DNA from: Octopus vulgaris
Lineage: Eukaryota
Assembly: GCA_951406725.2 (NCBI GenBank)
Contig: OX597830.1
Location: 69,874,001 to 69,938,000 of the forward strand
Length of the DNA: 64,000 bases
Reading direction: 5' to 3'
In this document: one piece after another, positions 13,272 to 26,015 of the stretch
Layout of the letters: each line of letters opens with the position of its first letter
Position numbering within the stretch: the stretch's first letter is position 1
Notes under the pieces: model-generated
The model's input: only the letters and a program-made list of their open reading frames with translations
The model's database searches: none
Told to the model about the DNA's origin: nothing
Program-made: the position numbers and the translations under genes

Positions 13272-13280
<9 letters not shown>
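12682..13280 (+). mobile_element. Penelope-type pLTR fold-back remnant with about 120-bp perfect inverted arms
   Basis: 12767-12888 is the exact reverse complement of 13159-13280; a hammerhead lies between the arms; flanked by (TA)n. Confidence 0.75.
13086..13148 (+). ncRNA. Type I minimal hammerhead ribozyme
   Basis: cac-CTGAAGA-atgactgt...acagccat-GAAA-cgatcg(palindromic helix III)-TA-gtg; cleavage predicted after GUA at 13145. Confidence 0.8.
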
Positions 13281-13325
<45 letters not shown>

Positions 13326-13457
13326 ATAAAAATGGTAAGACAACAAAAGAATGAAAGCGACCTCGATATTATGTAAATAGAGGAATTTATCTGTAAATGT
13401 AATATGTGACAATTATTCGGTAGCCATGATAAAACTCCGACTTTTTTTCGATGGCTG

Positions 13458-13518
13458 GATAACTGAAGAGATGGCGGCGTGGGTTTCCGCCCCGACATCC
13501 GAAACTCGGAGTTTTATC
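13458..13518 (+). ncRNA. Type I minimal hammerhead ribozyme inside a fold-back (13401-13545)
   Basis: gataa-CTGAAGA-gatggcgg...ccgacatc-c-GAAA-ctcggag-TT-ttatc; arms atatgtgacaattattcggtagccatgataaaactccga / tcggagttttatcatggcaaccaaataattgtcatatat. Confidence 0.75.
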
Positions 13519-13551
13519 ATGGCAACCAAATAATTGTCATATATTAATTTT

Positions 13552-13622
<71 letters not shown>

Positions 13623-13628
13623 CATACA

Positions 13629-13678
<50 letters not shown>

Positions 13679-14276
13679 GGTATGTAGAAAAATACAACAT
13701 GGACAGGAACGTATAACTCTTAGAAGACGATACAATAAACACGGACAGGACATTCGAAACCCTCAGTCTTCAGTCAAGAACCGGATCATCGTAGTAATTT
13801 CGGCTGATTAATCTTGAGATTACTAGATCACGGCCAGCCCTCCAAGAAAAACTAAGCAACGAGCATTAGAAAAACTAAGCTGGAAGCGTAGATTTCCTGG
13901 AAGAAGGATCGAATGCATACGAACACCAGGACAGCAAAAGGGACAGATATAAAAAAACAAAAACCAATAATGGAATACAGAAACATGAAATACAGAAGCA
14001 TTAACGGTGAAAACAACAGTGTCTTACGACTTTTTTTTTTTTTTTTTTTTTTCTGGCGCACGACTGATAACAAGCAAACAAATTTTTTTTTTTTTTTTTT
14101 TTCTTCTCTGGCGCAATGGAAAAAGCCTTTATAGTGGCGGAATGTTTCCTGCAGTGGGTCAGCATGTAGCATCAATTGATTATCACCGTCCTCACTTTCT
14201 CCTTTTTTCTTTTTTTCTTCTTTTTTCTCTTTCTTTAATTCACTTTATATATGGATATATATACAGATATATCCAT

Positions 14277-14670
14277 AGGCGCAGGAGTGGCTGTGTAGTA
14301 AGTAGCTTGCTTACCAACCACATGGTTCCGGGTTCAGTCCCACTGCGTGGCACCTTGGGCAAGTGTCTTCTACTATAGCTTCGGGCCGACCAAAGCCTTG
14401 TGAGTGGATTTGGTAGACGGAATCTGAAAGAAGCCCGTCATATATATGTATATATATATGTGTGTGTATGTTTGTGTGCCTGTGTTTGTCCCCCTAGCAT
14501 TGCTTGACAACCGATGCTGGTGTGTTTACGTCCCCGTCACTTAACGGTTCGGCAAAAGAGACCGATAGAATAAGTACTAAGCTTACAAAGAATAAGTCCT
14601 GGGGTTGATTTGTTCGACTAGAGGCGGTGCTCCAGCATCGCCGCAATCAAATGACTGAAACAAATGACTG
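14277..14670 (+). mobile_element. SINE-A, full length
   Basis: Consensus head, body and tail. Confidence 0.92.
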
Positions 14671-14854
14671 AATTTTGCCTTATTTTCTTTTTTTGTCTTT
14701 TTTTCTTTTACATACTGCACTCAATGACCGAGTTAAGGTTCAGAAACTACGCAACACCCCCTCCTACACCTGTCATTCAGACTTTAGTTTAATCGACACG
14801 CTTACAGTTGTATACTGCATTACATTCAGGCTTATTATACGCTTTTATTCTTAC

Positions 14855-15221
14855 TGTCATTTGCCTGCGGCAATGCTGGAGCATCGCTTTGAAGTGTTTT
14901 AGTCGAACAAATCGGCCCCAGGACTTATCTTTTTTTAAGCCTAGTATTTATTCTAGCAGTCTCTTTGGCCGAAACGCTAGGTTATACGGGGATGTAAACA
15001 CACAAATATCGGTTGTCAAGCGGTGATGAGGGGTGGAGACAGACACACACAAACACACACGGTGATCTTTCAGTTTCCTTCAACCAAATTCACTCACAAA
15101 GCTTTGGTCGGCCCTAGGCTATAGTAGATGACACTTGCCCTAGGTGCCACGAAGTGGGACTGAACCCGGAACCTTGTGGCTGAGAAGCAATTTTCTTACC
15201 ACACAGTCACGCCTGCGCCTA
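14855..15221 (-). mobile_element. SINE-A, older full-length copy
   Basis: Reverse-complement copy ending gcctgcgcct. Confidence 0.85.
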
Positions 15222-15318
15222 TAAATGTAGATTTTTTTAGTGTAATATTATTTTCGTGGCGGGCAGAGCAACATTGCATCGATTAGCACACACTGTTGAC
15301 GAAGCACTGACTAAGCTT

Positions 15319-15580
15319 TTGGGTTGGTGCATAATTATTGCGGCTTTTTTTCAACAAATTTAAATTCAACAAAAACAATAACAACATGTAACAAAAACAT
15401 CTGTAAATGATTACTCTAGAGCATATTGAGCATCTACTTCAATTACTGTTTCCCATTTGCTTGGCAGACGGTCAGACCGTCATTTAAAGATGTTTTTGTT
15501 AAATATTGTTATTGTTTTTGTTGAATAAAATTTGTTGAAAAATAAGAGAAAAAAGCCGCAATAATTATGCACCAACACAA
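15319..15580 (-). mobile_element. Mariner-derived MITE
   Basis: TIRs ttgggttggtgcataattattgcggc / gccgcaataattatgcaccaacacaa extending about 90 bp; internal minus-strand DRLPSKWETVIEVDAQY matches a mariner transposase C-terminus. Confidence 0.85.
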
Positions 15581-15771
15581 TATTATGCAAATGGCATGAA
15601 CACATCTATAAAAATGGTGAACTTATAAAAATGTTGGACTAAATGTCACGTGATACTCAAGTTCAAATAACGCCAGAGTTGGACTTCCCTGACAGTTTAT
15701 GGACATCAAAGTTCATCACGATGAAGAGTCTGTGGAATATCTCGACACTCACTCCCCACTTTTCTCTTTCT

Positions 15772-15915
15772 CTGGCTCAGTGGTTAGAGCGTTATCATGA
15801 GGTAGTGAGTTCGATTCCCTGGCCGGGCTACTGCTGTGTTGTGTTCTTGAGCAAGACACTTTATTTCACGTTACTCCAGTTCACTCAGCTGTAGAAATGA
15901 GTTGTGATGTTACGG
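15772..15915 (+). mobile_element. SINE-D head and CORE-like region
   Basis: tggctcagtggttagagc...gagttcgattccc...ttgagcaagacacttt...ctccagttcactcagctgtagaaatgag. Confidence 0.8.
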
Positions 15916-16157
15916 CCTTTACCGTGTTTGCATACGTAGGTATTAACAAGTGAAACCATTGGTACGTAGGTAATCGTTTTTTAATTTTTTATTTCGTATA
16001 TTTTCATTTGTCTTACTCAGTTTTACATTTTGGCGTTTTGCTGAGATTTTTTTTGAGAACACATTCTTCGTGGTAATGGAGATTTGACGTCTATGTTTAG
16101 CATATTAGGTGTCCACTTTAGTGGTCCTTCCTCTTAATTTTGTATATATATATATAC

Positions 16158-16223
<66 letters not shown>

Positions 16224-16384
16224 ATAAGGGTTAGGCAAAAGAATTTGCTTCACCACACACCGAACTTTAGAAATAGCAGCCAAAAAATAACATACCGAAT
16301 CACTACTTGGTGGAATTATTAATTATTAATTAATTAGTTAATAAATTTTACCCTTTATTATATATATATATAATTAATCGCTAG

Positions 16385-16583
16385 ATCGTGATTTCAATTC
16401 CTTGACCGGGTGTTGCGTTGTGTTCTTAAGCAAAACACTTCATCTCACGTTGCTCTGAGATCATTTCGACGCCTGACACGCATAGTACACAGTGCACGTG
16501 TTCAGGTAACGTCGATTTGATGGAGAGAGTTCGACGCCTGACACGCATAGTACACAGTGCACGTGTTCAGGTAACGTCGATTT

Positions 16584-16668
<85 letters not shown>

Positions 16669-16778
16669 TGTGCTAATGTTCGGCATGAACATGTGATCAC
16701 TTTAAACAAATCATTTGAGCCAGTCGTTCGGCAATAGCTGAACGCTGATACGTCGTCTTCGACGGGAGAGTCCGTCAT
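16385..16778 (+). mobile_element. SINE with D-type core and a distinct tail; internal 65-bp tandem duplication and (AG)n expansion
   Basis: gcgttgtgttcttaagcaaaacacttcatctcacgttgctc; 16465-16529 repeated at 16530-16594. Confidence 0.7.
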
Positions 16779-17277
16779 CGAATATCTGTGCACTTTCTTC
16801 CAATTTAAATCCCGTTTCTCTCTCCGATCCCGCTTTTGTCTGTTTCACCACTACCTGTTTCTATCAGCTCATCTTGTATTTATATGTCCCCCTACTAAGT
16901 ACCCGCGTCCCCTCTATCTCTTACACTCTATATGCGAAATAAGCCACTACATCTCTCCATTTGTTACCTTCTGTCTGTCGCCTGCACCTTTTATCCTTTT
17001 TCCTTCAACTGTTCACCTCTATCCACTTCTTACTATCAGCCACTCTCTATCAACCGCTTCATCATATCCTCTTCTATCTATCTCTCTGTTTGTTCCCTTC
17101 TATCCGCTCCATTCGTAGTTTCCCCTTGTTTGTCCCCTTCAATTTGTTCTCCTATTGGCCCTCTGCTACTCGACCCAGGATCTGAACGCACGACCGCATC
17201 ATCGTGAGATTGACACACACACACACCACGATTTTACAGCACAGTACGGTATTTTACTAAACTGTACAGTTTGACTG

Positions 17278-17604
17278 AGGAGGCGCAATGGCCCAGTGGT
17301 TAGGGCAGCGGACTGGCGGTTGGAGGATCGCGGTTTCGATTCCCAGACCGGGCATTGTGTGTGTTTATTGAGCGAAAACACCTAAAGCTCCACGAGCTCC
17401 GGCAGGGGTTGGTGGCAACCCGTGTTGTACTCTTTTGCCACAACTTTCTCTCACTTTCTCTACCTGCTTCTTGAGTATCGCTGCGATGGACTGGCGTCCC
17501 GTCCAGCTGGGGGGGGGGGGGACACATACGCCACAGAAACAGGGGAACCGGGTCCATGAGCCTGGCTGGGCTTGAAAAAGGCGACGTTTATCGTACGTTT
17601 TTTA
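17278..17604 (+). mobile_element. SINE-C with V-type tail, 13-bp TSD
   Basis: gaggcgcaatggcccagtggttagggcagcgg...gtttcgattccc...gcgatggactggcgtcccgtccagc; TSD tacagtttgactg at 17265-17277 and 17605-17617. Confidence 0.92.
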
Positions 17605-17699
17605 TACAGTTTGACTGCGGTGGAATAGTAAGAAACACCACCAGAGGAGTTAAAGCTACTTCTTGCACTGTCATTCCAAACTGGGGCGGAAATATTTCA

Positions 17700-17836
17700 C
17701 ACACACACACACACACGCACACACACACGTGTGCGCACGCACAAATACTTTCACGCACACATATCACACGTCATATATATGAATACGTGTACTCACCAGC
17801 ACAAACACCAGCATTTCCCCCCTCTCTCTCTCATAC

Positions 17837-17882
<46 letters not shown>

Positions 17883-18160
17883 ATACATACCTAAATACAT
17901 AAACATACACACACATGAAAATATGCACACAAATACATTCACACACACACATATACACACACGCACAAATACACACATACACACAACGCAAGGACAAATA
18001 CACATACACACGCACATGCAAGCACAAATTCACGCACGCACACACACGTGCACAAATTCACACACACACACACACGCAAGCACAAATACACACACACACA
18101 CACGCACAAATACATACACACATACACACACAAACACACGCACGCGCGCACACAGACATG
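17700..18160. repeat. Degenerate (CA)n-rich simple repeat
   Basis: Direct sequence. Confidence 0.93.
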
Positions 18161-18514
18161 CACGTCTATTTTGATCTCCGTTCGCCTGCTTATCAAACGC
18201 TTTGAGCCAATCACGAGAGATTGTAATTTCATGAATGGATGTAATAATCTCAGAGAGAAATCAAACGCAATGACAAGACAACGAGAAAACCACTCGGCTA
18301 GAAATAGCAGTCGAATCGCCTTTTAATTTCACGTTGCAGTCTTTAAGAAAAAATGGATACATTAATTAATCATTGTAGTTAGTCCCTGATAAAACAAAAA
18401 AAAAGAAATGAACAAGCAAGACGTTCGTCAAAGAACCTCTTTGGTCCATAGGTCTGCTTGATCATGGTTGACCTAGGGTTAAACAACAACAATTATACAC
18501 AATGAAAGTTGAGC

Positions 18515-18940
18515 GGGTGGTGGTGGTGGAGGTGGGAGTGACGGTTGTGGTGGTAGTGGGTGTGATAGTGGTAGTTGTGGTGATGGTGGTGATGGTCTTT
18601 GTGATGGTGGTGGTGGCGGTGGTGGGTATCATAGTTGTAGTAGTGGTGATGGTGGTAGTTGTGGTGATGGTGGTGGTGGTGATGGTGGGAGGTGGTGGTG
18701 ATGGTGGGAGGTGGTGGTGATGGTGAAGGTGGTGGTGATGGTGGTGGTGGTGGTGGAGGTGGTGGTGATGGTGGCAGTGGTGGAGGTGGTGGGAGGTGGG
18801 AGGTGGTGGTGATGGTGAGAGGTGATGGTGATGGTGAGGTGGTGGTGATGGTGATGGTGGTGGTGGTGGTGGTGGTGGAGGTGGTGGTGGTGGTGGTGGT
18901 GATGGTGGCAGTGTTGGTGATGGTGGAGGTGGTGGTGATC
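18515..18940. repeat. (GGT/GAT)n trinucleotide repeat
   Basis: Direct sequence. Confidence 0.95.
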
Positions 18941-19352
18941 CCCAATGTCCGGATCCTCAATGTCTGAAATGTTGTGGAATCTGTACTTATCTTTATTTTG
19001 TGTTGTTGTCTTTGTTATTGTTGTTGCTATTGTGGTTGATTAAACTTTATCTGCCCCCTGTTCTGTTTCATCTGAGAGTATATGTTACAAATAGCGTGTT
19101 AACCATGAGAATTCACAATGCGAACGAAACATCAGAGCACCGTATTATATTCCTCCTTGAAACAAGTTACTTTGTGTGGCAAACAAAAAACAACAACAAA
19201 AAATGTATTATCTTTGGAGAAGAGGTAAAGCGTCGGACTAAACCATACAGTGTTTAGTTTCCTATCTCAGAGTTCAAACCCTACTGAGGTAGACTTTGAC
19301 TTTCAACTTTGTTGGGTCGTAACTCACAAATAATAATTGTACCAGTAATATA

Positions 19353-19584
19353 TATTTCTTTACTGCCCACAAGGGGCTAAACATAGAGGGGACAAACAAG
19401 GACAAACAAACGGATTAAGTCGATTATATCGACCCCAGTGCGTAACTGGTACTTAATTTATCGACCCCGAAAGGATGAAAAGCAAAGTCGACCTCGGCAG
19501 AATTTGAACTCAGAACGTAATGGCAGACGAAATACCGCTAAGCATTTCGCCCGGTGTGCTAACGTTTCTGCCAGCTCACCGCCT
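19353..19584 (-). mobile_element. SINE-B with 16-bp TSD, inserted in an older about 160-bp tandem duplication
   Basis: TSD ttgtaccagtaatata at 19337-19352 and 19585-19600. Confidence 0.92.
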
Positions 19585-19941
19585 TTGTACCAGTAATATA
19601 TTGAACAAAACCATTGGATTATCTTTGGAGAAGCGGTAAAGCATCGGACTAAATCAGACAGTATTTAGTTTCGTCTCTCTGGGTTCAAACCTTGCTGAGG
19701 TAGATTTTGACTTTCAACTTTCTTGGGTTGCGACTTACAAATAGTGATTGCACTAGTAATATATTGAACAAAATCATTCAATTATATTCCTTTTATTCTG
19801 CCTCTGACCAAGTACTTGTTCAAAATCCGCCGAGGTCGACTTTGTCTTTCATCTTCTCGGAGTCGATAAAATAAGTACCGCCTTATTACCGTTCCTAAAA
19901 TTACTGACTGCAAAAAATTTGAAAGTTATACAACTAATTCA

Positions 19942-20150
19942 AAGGCGGCGAGCAGGTAGAATCGTTAGTGCGTCGAACAAAATGCTTAGCGGCATTTTTT
20001 CCAGTCCTTCATATTCTGAATTAAAATCCTGTTGAAGTTGACTTGCGCTTTCATCCCTTCGGGTCGATAAAGTAAATAGCTACTGAGCACTGGGACCGAT
20101 GTAAGCTATTTACCGTTCCCTCAAGATTGTTGGCCTGCTGCCAATATTCA
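19942..20150 (+). mobile_element. Old SINE-B-related copy
   Basis: aaggcggcgagcaggtagaatcgttag...tttcatcccttcgggtcgataaa; similar remnants at 19815-19880 and 21058-21245. Confidence 0.7.
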
Positions 20151-20151
20151 G

Positions 20152-20181
<30 letters not shown>

Positions 20182-20182
<1 letters not shown>

Positions 20183-20724
20183 GAGTGAGAGAGCATAGCA
20201 TGCCATAAAAATGACACTGGGGTACAAATATACGAAGCCCAGTATACCCATCATGACTACCTGTCTGATAAGGGTATACCAGGCACATGCATCACAACCA
20301 TATGTGCGTGACATGGTGATCTCATATCAAGATTAACAGCGCATGACCTTGAGGGTGGAGCCCAGTTAGAATTTTTTTCAGGTTCAGTAGTTCATCCCGC
20401 TCAAAAGGTCCCTGAATAAGGATTGTTTAAGGACGATGAACAAAACACCCATGTTTCCAGAGGTGAATTATCAAAACCCCAAAGAATTCCTCTCAACACA
20501 TGGCTATGATGCTCCCACACTACTTCTGCTCGTGATCAGAGAAGCACATATCGTCAGCCAATAAGGGACATGCTCAACTGGTTAAGGTCAAACAACTGAC
20601 AAGCAAATCTGTGGTATTGAGCAGAATATTTGCTGTAGCCTATCTTTTATACCAAGACAAAACAACGTACATGATAACACTTCCAATCAGTTAAGATCAG
20701 AAGCCTGGCACTGCATCAGGGCAT
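20182..20724. mobile_element. Unclassified about 540-bp non-coding insert bracketed by (ATT)n
   Basis: Complex sequence with abrupt (ATT)n borders on both sides; no ORF homology recognised. Confidence 0.45.
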
Positions 20725-21058
<334 letters not shown>

Positions 21059-21654
21059 GGAGGTGAAAAGCATCGAGTTGGTAGAATCATTACAGCGTCG
21101 GACAAAATGCTTAGCGGTATTTCTTCCGGCTGAGTTCAAGTACTGTGCCCATTATCTTCTCTGGGTCGATGAAATAACTACCAGTTGAGCAGCGGAGTCG
21201 ATGTAATCAACTTAATCCATACCCTAAAATTGCTGGTTTTGTACCAAAAAAAAAAAAAAAAAACAATTGAAACGTTTATTTAGAAGAGTCCTAGGAACTA
21301 CCTAGACAACATAGCACCGAAGTGGATATTTTAGCGTTATTAGTGGTTGTTTAGCTTCAGTTTAGCTCTCGTTTCAGTCGATCTATGATCAAAGACATTC
21401 CAACAACGAAAATGCTAATGAGGCTCTATTGGACCTACATTTTATTACTTCTGTTTACCGTTACTTCAAACGTTACATTCATACGATGATGATATCACTC
21501 TTTCCCTCATTATTAACCATCAACACACACAGGCGTCATCCACGCGGAACTTTTGGATATATACAGCCAAACCTCTACTGCTTTCATCAGGGATCTGCAA
21601 CAGATGGGCTACTGGTTACATGTTGGTTATTGGGGGAAATCTCTGTCGATCGAC

Positions 21655-21980
21655 CTTCAGTCATTGGACTGCAGCAATACTAATGCACTTTCTCGAAGGG
21701 TTTAATCTAGCAGATCGACCACAGTACTATTTTCTTAAGATCTGGTACTTATTCTATCGGTTATTGTTATCAAACTGCTAAGTTACAGAGACAGAAACAA
21801 AACCAAACATACGCACACGCGTATATACACGACGGATTTCTACGCAGTTTCAGACTGCCAAATTCATTCACAAGGAATTGTTCTGCCTTGGGGTATAGAA
21901 GAAGCTACTTGCCCAAGGTTCTGCACAGTGAGAATGAACGTGAAACCACACGGTTGCATAGAGAAGCCACACCGCCACGG
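21655..21980 (-). mobile_element. Highly diverged SINE-A
   Basis: cagtcattggactgc...gtacttattctatcgg...cttgcccaagg. Confidence 0.7.
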
Positions 21981-22703
21981 TCACACTGGCTCGTTTTGTA
22001 AAAAAGTTTCAAATTTAATGAAATTGTGGGCCATCGGGCAGTTGATCGTCTTTTGGATAGTCGTTTGTATCACGATTTGTTAATGTTTTACTTACATAAG
22101 CATTGACAGTGATGGAAATGAATTGATACATGGGGGTATGTTTATATGTAAGATATGATATAGTGTACAGGTAGGTCATGGGGAAAATAAAAAAGAATCA
22201 AAAGCGGACCTTCAGAAAGGAGCAGAAATCTCAAAAGCTTCCTTAAATGGATGACACAACAAACTCCATTCCTTCGACCATATTAAAATTACTATAAGTA
22301 TCTAGGAAAAAAATCTTTCACAACATCCATTTATTCTCGGAGATTACAGAAATAAAGTCCCTTGATTCGCTGCACATGACACGCCTCACAATCTCTGCTG
22401 AACTGTTACAGCAGGCTCAGTTATATAACGTTACTTAAACAGTAACATAAAGACCAAGTTTTCTCTTCAGAGTGAAGAAATCGTTCAGATCTAATCAGTT
22501 GCTATCCTTCTGCAAAGCTCAACTAAAACATTCGGATTATTGCTGACATATCTGCGAGTGCTTCTGTTATACACACACACATTATAGATCGCATCTAAAA
22601 CAATGCCATCGCCTAATTGCCAAAATATTCTCTCACCAACACACTAACATCATAAGCTCAAACATTATTTGATTTGCCAAAATTTTTCCTTACTATATAG
22701 TAT

Positions 22704-22938
22704 GACGATGAGGGTTCCAACTGATCCGATCAATGGAACAGCCTGCTCGTGCAATTAACGTGCAAGTGGTTGAGTACTCCACAGAAACGCATACTGTTAA
22801 CGTAGTTCTCAGAGAGATTGAGTGTGATACGGAATGGGATAAGGCCGGCCCTTTGAAATACAGGTACAACTCATTTTTGCCAACTGAGTAGACTGGAGCA
22901 AAGTGAAATAAAGAGTCTTGCTCAAGGACACAACGCCC
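22704..22938 (-). mobile_element. SINE with D-type core and E-type tail
   Basis: gagggttccaactgatccgatcaatggaacagcctgctcgtg...tacaggtacaac joined to ctgagtagactggagcaa.gtgaaataaagagtcttgctcaagga. Confidence 0.8.
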
Positions 22939-23164
22939 TTTTCTCCATCCCCGTTAACCCTACAGGACATCGAGAATGCGACAAGCAGAGGTAGAGAGGG
23001 TTACCTCAGAACTCGGCTGGTACTAATTTTTGCTGAGGAGACTGGAGCAAAGTGGAATAAACTGCCTTACTCACTGCTCTGTCCCGGTATCGAATTTGTG
23101 ATCCTATGATCATGTAACTCAAAGCCAAACCATTGGGCCACGCGTCAAGAACCTTGTTCAATGT

Positions 23165-23590
23165 TTCACCTGAGTCACCTGTATTGACCAGACTATCAGA
23201 AGTTGTACATCGCTGGTCACAATGCGCTTCCAATTCATTCTTGACTGCACAATTTTTTTTTTCGAATCTGGGCCCAAATCCTTTAACTAAATCATCTCAC
23301 CTTTGCCAAGAAGGCCTTCCGTGTGGCCTTTTCCGATTTCTCTGTTGTCTGTGAACCATAAGACTTGTCCGGCCTTGTGGAACTTGTGTTTTCGGTATTC
23401 TGCGATCACGTCGCTTTCTCAGTTCGCAAATTAAGCTCATTTCATATATGCTCTCGCAATAATATCATTAGCATGGATCTTTCTATGGGCTTTTGTATCG
23501 TAGCCAATCAATATTCCTCCTCCTTCGTAGTAGTTCACGTCTCACCTTTGTATGTTTCTTTAAGATGGTAAGATGTATGTATATTTGAGA
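23165..23590 (-). mobile_element. Decayed RTE-like LINE 3' fragment
   Basis: Minus strand RKRPHGRPSWQR*DDL resembles the RTE C-terminal KR.RGRP..RW.DD motif. Confidence 0.5.
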
Positions 23591-23606
23591 TTTAACTGCT
23601 AATTCT

Positions 23607-24205
23607 TATTTCTTTATTGCCCACAAGGGGCTAAACATAGAGGGGAAAAACAAGGACAGACAAACGGATTAAGTCGATTACATCGACCCCAGTGTGTAAC
23701 TGGTACTTAATTTATCAACCCCGAAAGGATGAAAGGCTAAGTCGACCTCGGCGGAATTTGAACTCAGAACGTAACGGCAGACGAAATACCTATTTCTTTA
23801 TTACCCACAAGGGTCTAAACACAGAGAGGACAAACAAGGACAGACAAACGGATTAAGTCGATTATATCGACCCCAGTGTGTAACTGGTAGTTATTTAATC
23901 GACCCCGAAAGGATGAAAGGCAAAGTCGCCCTCGGCGGAATTTGAACTCAGAACGTAACGGCAGACGAAATACCTATTTCTTTATTACCCACAAGGGTCT
24001 AAACATAGTGAGGACAAACAAGGACAGACAAACGGATTAAGTCGATTATATCGACCCCAGTGTGTAACTGGTAGTTATTTAATCGACCCCGAAAGGATGA
24101 AAGGCAAAGTCGCCCTCGGCGGAATTTGAACTCAGAACGTAACGGCAGACGAAATACCGCTAAGCATTTCGCCTGGCGTGCTAACGGTTCTGCCAGCTTG
24201 CGGCC
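23607..24205 (-). mobile_element. SINE-B trimer (one full and two headless units) inside one TSD
   Basis: Units about 23607-23789, 23790-23973, 23974-24205; TSD ttaactgcta(a/g)ttct at 23592-23606 and 24206-24220. Confidence 0.92.
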
Positions 24206-24524
24206 TTAACTGCTAGTTCTAGCAGATTGAATGATGACGTTGAAGTTCTTCCGCCAGCTCTTATGGATATTGGATAATGCTATAATGTAGAGAGATGTTG
24301 TATTGTTGTTATTGTGGTGAGTTAGCCCTGGTGAGTTCTGATCGAACAACCCTATCATTAAAGATTATTCGCTTGTGACCGTTCCATTTTTTCATTAACG
24401 TGCAGGGAACCCAGGATCACATTATCCAAGGTGCTCCCTACTGCTTTTAAAAGACAGTAGAGTGCGATTTTAGGGATATTTAGTTGTCAAGCAATGATGG
24501 GGGACAAATAAATTGCAAAGATAA

Positions 24525-24926
24525 ACACACACACACACATGCTCGTATACACACGCACGCATGCACACGTACATACACACACACTTATACACTTACACAC
24601 TTGCACACACACACATGTACACACACGCATACACACGCACGCATGCACACACATACACACACACTTACACCCACACATATACACACTCACACATATACAC
24701 ACACAGATACACATGCATGCACACGCACACGCTCAAACACACACTTACACATTTACACACACGCACACGCACACACACACACTTACACATTTACACACAC
24801 GCACACGCACACACACACAAACACTCACATATTTACACACACGCACACACACACAAACACTCACATATTTACACACACGCACACACACACAAACACTCAC
24901 ATATTTACACACACGCACACACACAC

Positions 24927-25005
<79 letters not shown>
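24525..25005. repeat. Degenerate (CA)n repeat with higher-order subrepeat
   Basis: Direct sequence. Confidence 0.93.
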
Positions 25006-25008
<3 letters not shown>

Positions 25009-25379
25009 TGAGCTTTTTTCAGAGACTCCTTCGCTGGTTCGTATAAAAGTGAAAATGGGTAAAAGATGAAAAGAGAAAATGGTGGCATGAAATCTTTACG
25101 GAATCATTGACGCTTTGGCCAGACGGGTGACTTTGAGATTAGACCAGAGACATGGATTCAGTCTTTCGTAACTTCAGCTATTGCATCTTCATCAGTCACG
25201 TGCCCTGCCTGTGTCTAGGGGTCGTCTTGCCAAGACTCTTCCATTCCCTCTGCGTTGTGTTGCATGCTCTCAGTTTAGCCAGGTTCCTTTTTCCTGTTGA
25301 AATCAAGAATCTTCAGACAAACAAAAACAACAAAATGCATAAAAATATAAAAGAAATGACAAATTTTTTCATCTTTATC

Positions 25380-26015
25380 TTTTACCGGTTCCAGTCATTG
25401 GACTGCGACCATGCTACGGCACCGCCTTGAAGGGTATTGTCGAAAAAAAATCGATCTCAGTACTTTTTATTCTTTTAGTTAGGTACTTACTCTATCGATC
25501 TTTTGTGCCGAACCACCAACTTACAAGGACATAAACACACCAATACCGGTTGTTAAACAGTGATGGAGGACAAACAAAAGCACAAAAATAAACACACACA
25601 CACATACTTTGGCTTCTTTTAGTTTCTTATTTCTTTATAGAGGGTACAAACAAGGGGCTAAACACAGAGGGGATAAACAAGGACAGACAAACGGATTAAG
25701 TCGATTACATCGGCCCCAGTGCGTAACTGGTATTTATTTAATCGACCCCGAAAGGATGAAAGGCAAAGTCGACCTCGGCGGAATTTGAACTCAGAACGTA
25801 ACGGCAGACGAAATAGGGCTACGCTTTTCGCCCGGCGTGCTAACGTTTCTGCCAGCTCGCCGCCTTTCGGCTTCTTTCAGTTTCTCTCTATCAAATCCAC
25901 TTGCAAAGCTTTGGTCATCCAGTGGTTATAGTAGATGACAATTGCTCAAGGTGCAACGCAGTGGGACTGAACCCGGAACCATGAGGTTAGAAAGCAATCT
26001 TCTTACCAAACAGCC
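25380..26015 (-). mobile_element. Old SINE-A with nested SINE-B (about 25628-25865)
   Basis: TSD-like tt.ggcttcttt.agtttct at about 25608-25627 and 25866-25885. Confidence 0.85.

Noticed and set aside
13745-13830. Minus-strand CTGAAGA and GAAA motifs in a Penelope-like remnant
   Set aside because: Order and pairing do not give a convincing hammerhead
17278-17352. tRNA-like sequences at SINE heads
   Set aside because: They lack a proper acceptor stem and continue into SINE bodies with TSDs; not tRNA genes
18170-18320. CCAAT box (agccaatcac) in a unique island
   Set aside because: A single short motif is expected by chance; no other promoter evidence
23607-24205. Regularly spaced repeats resembling a CRISPR array
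   Set aside because: Units are about 184-bp SINE bodies with no unique spacers and no cas genes, in a eukaryotic context
25140-25200. Minus-strand CTGATGA...GAAA-gac..gtc-TC hammerhead-like motif
   Set aside because: Helix III pairs, but helices I and II do not
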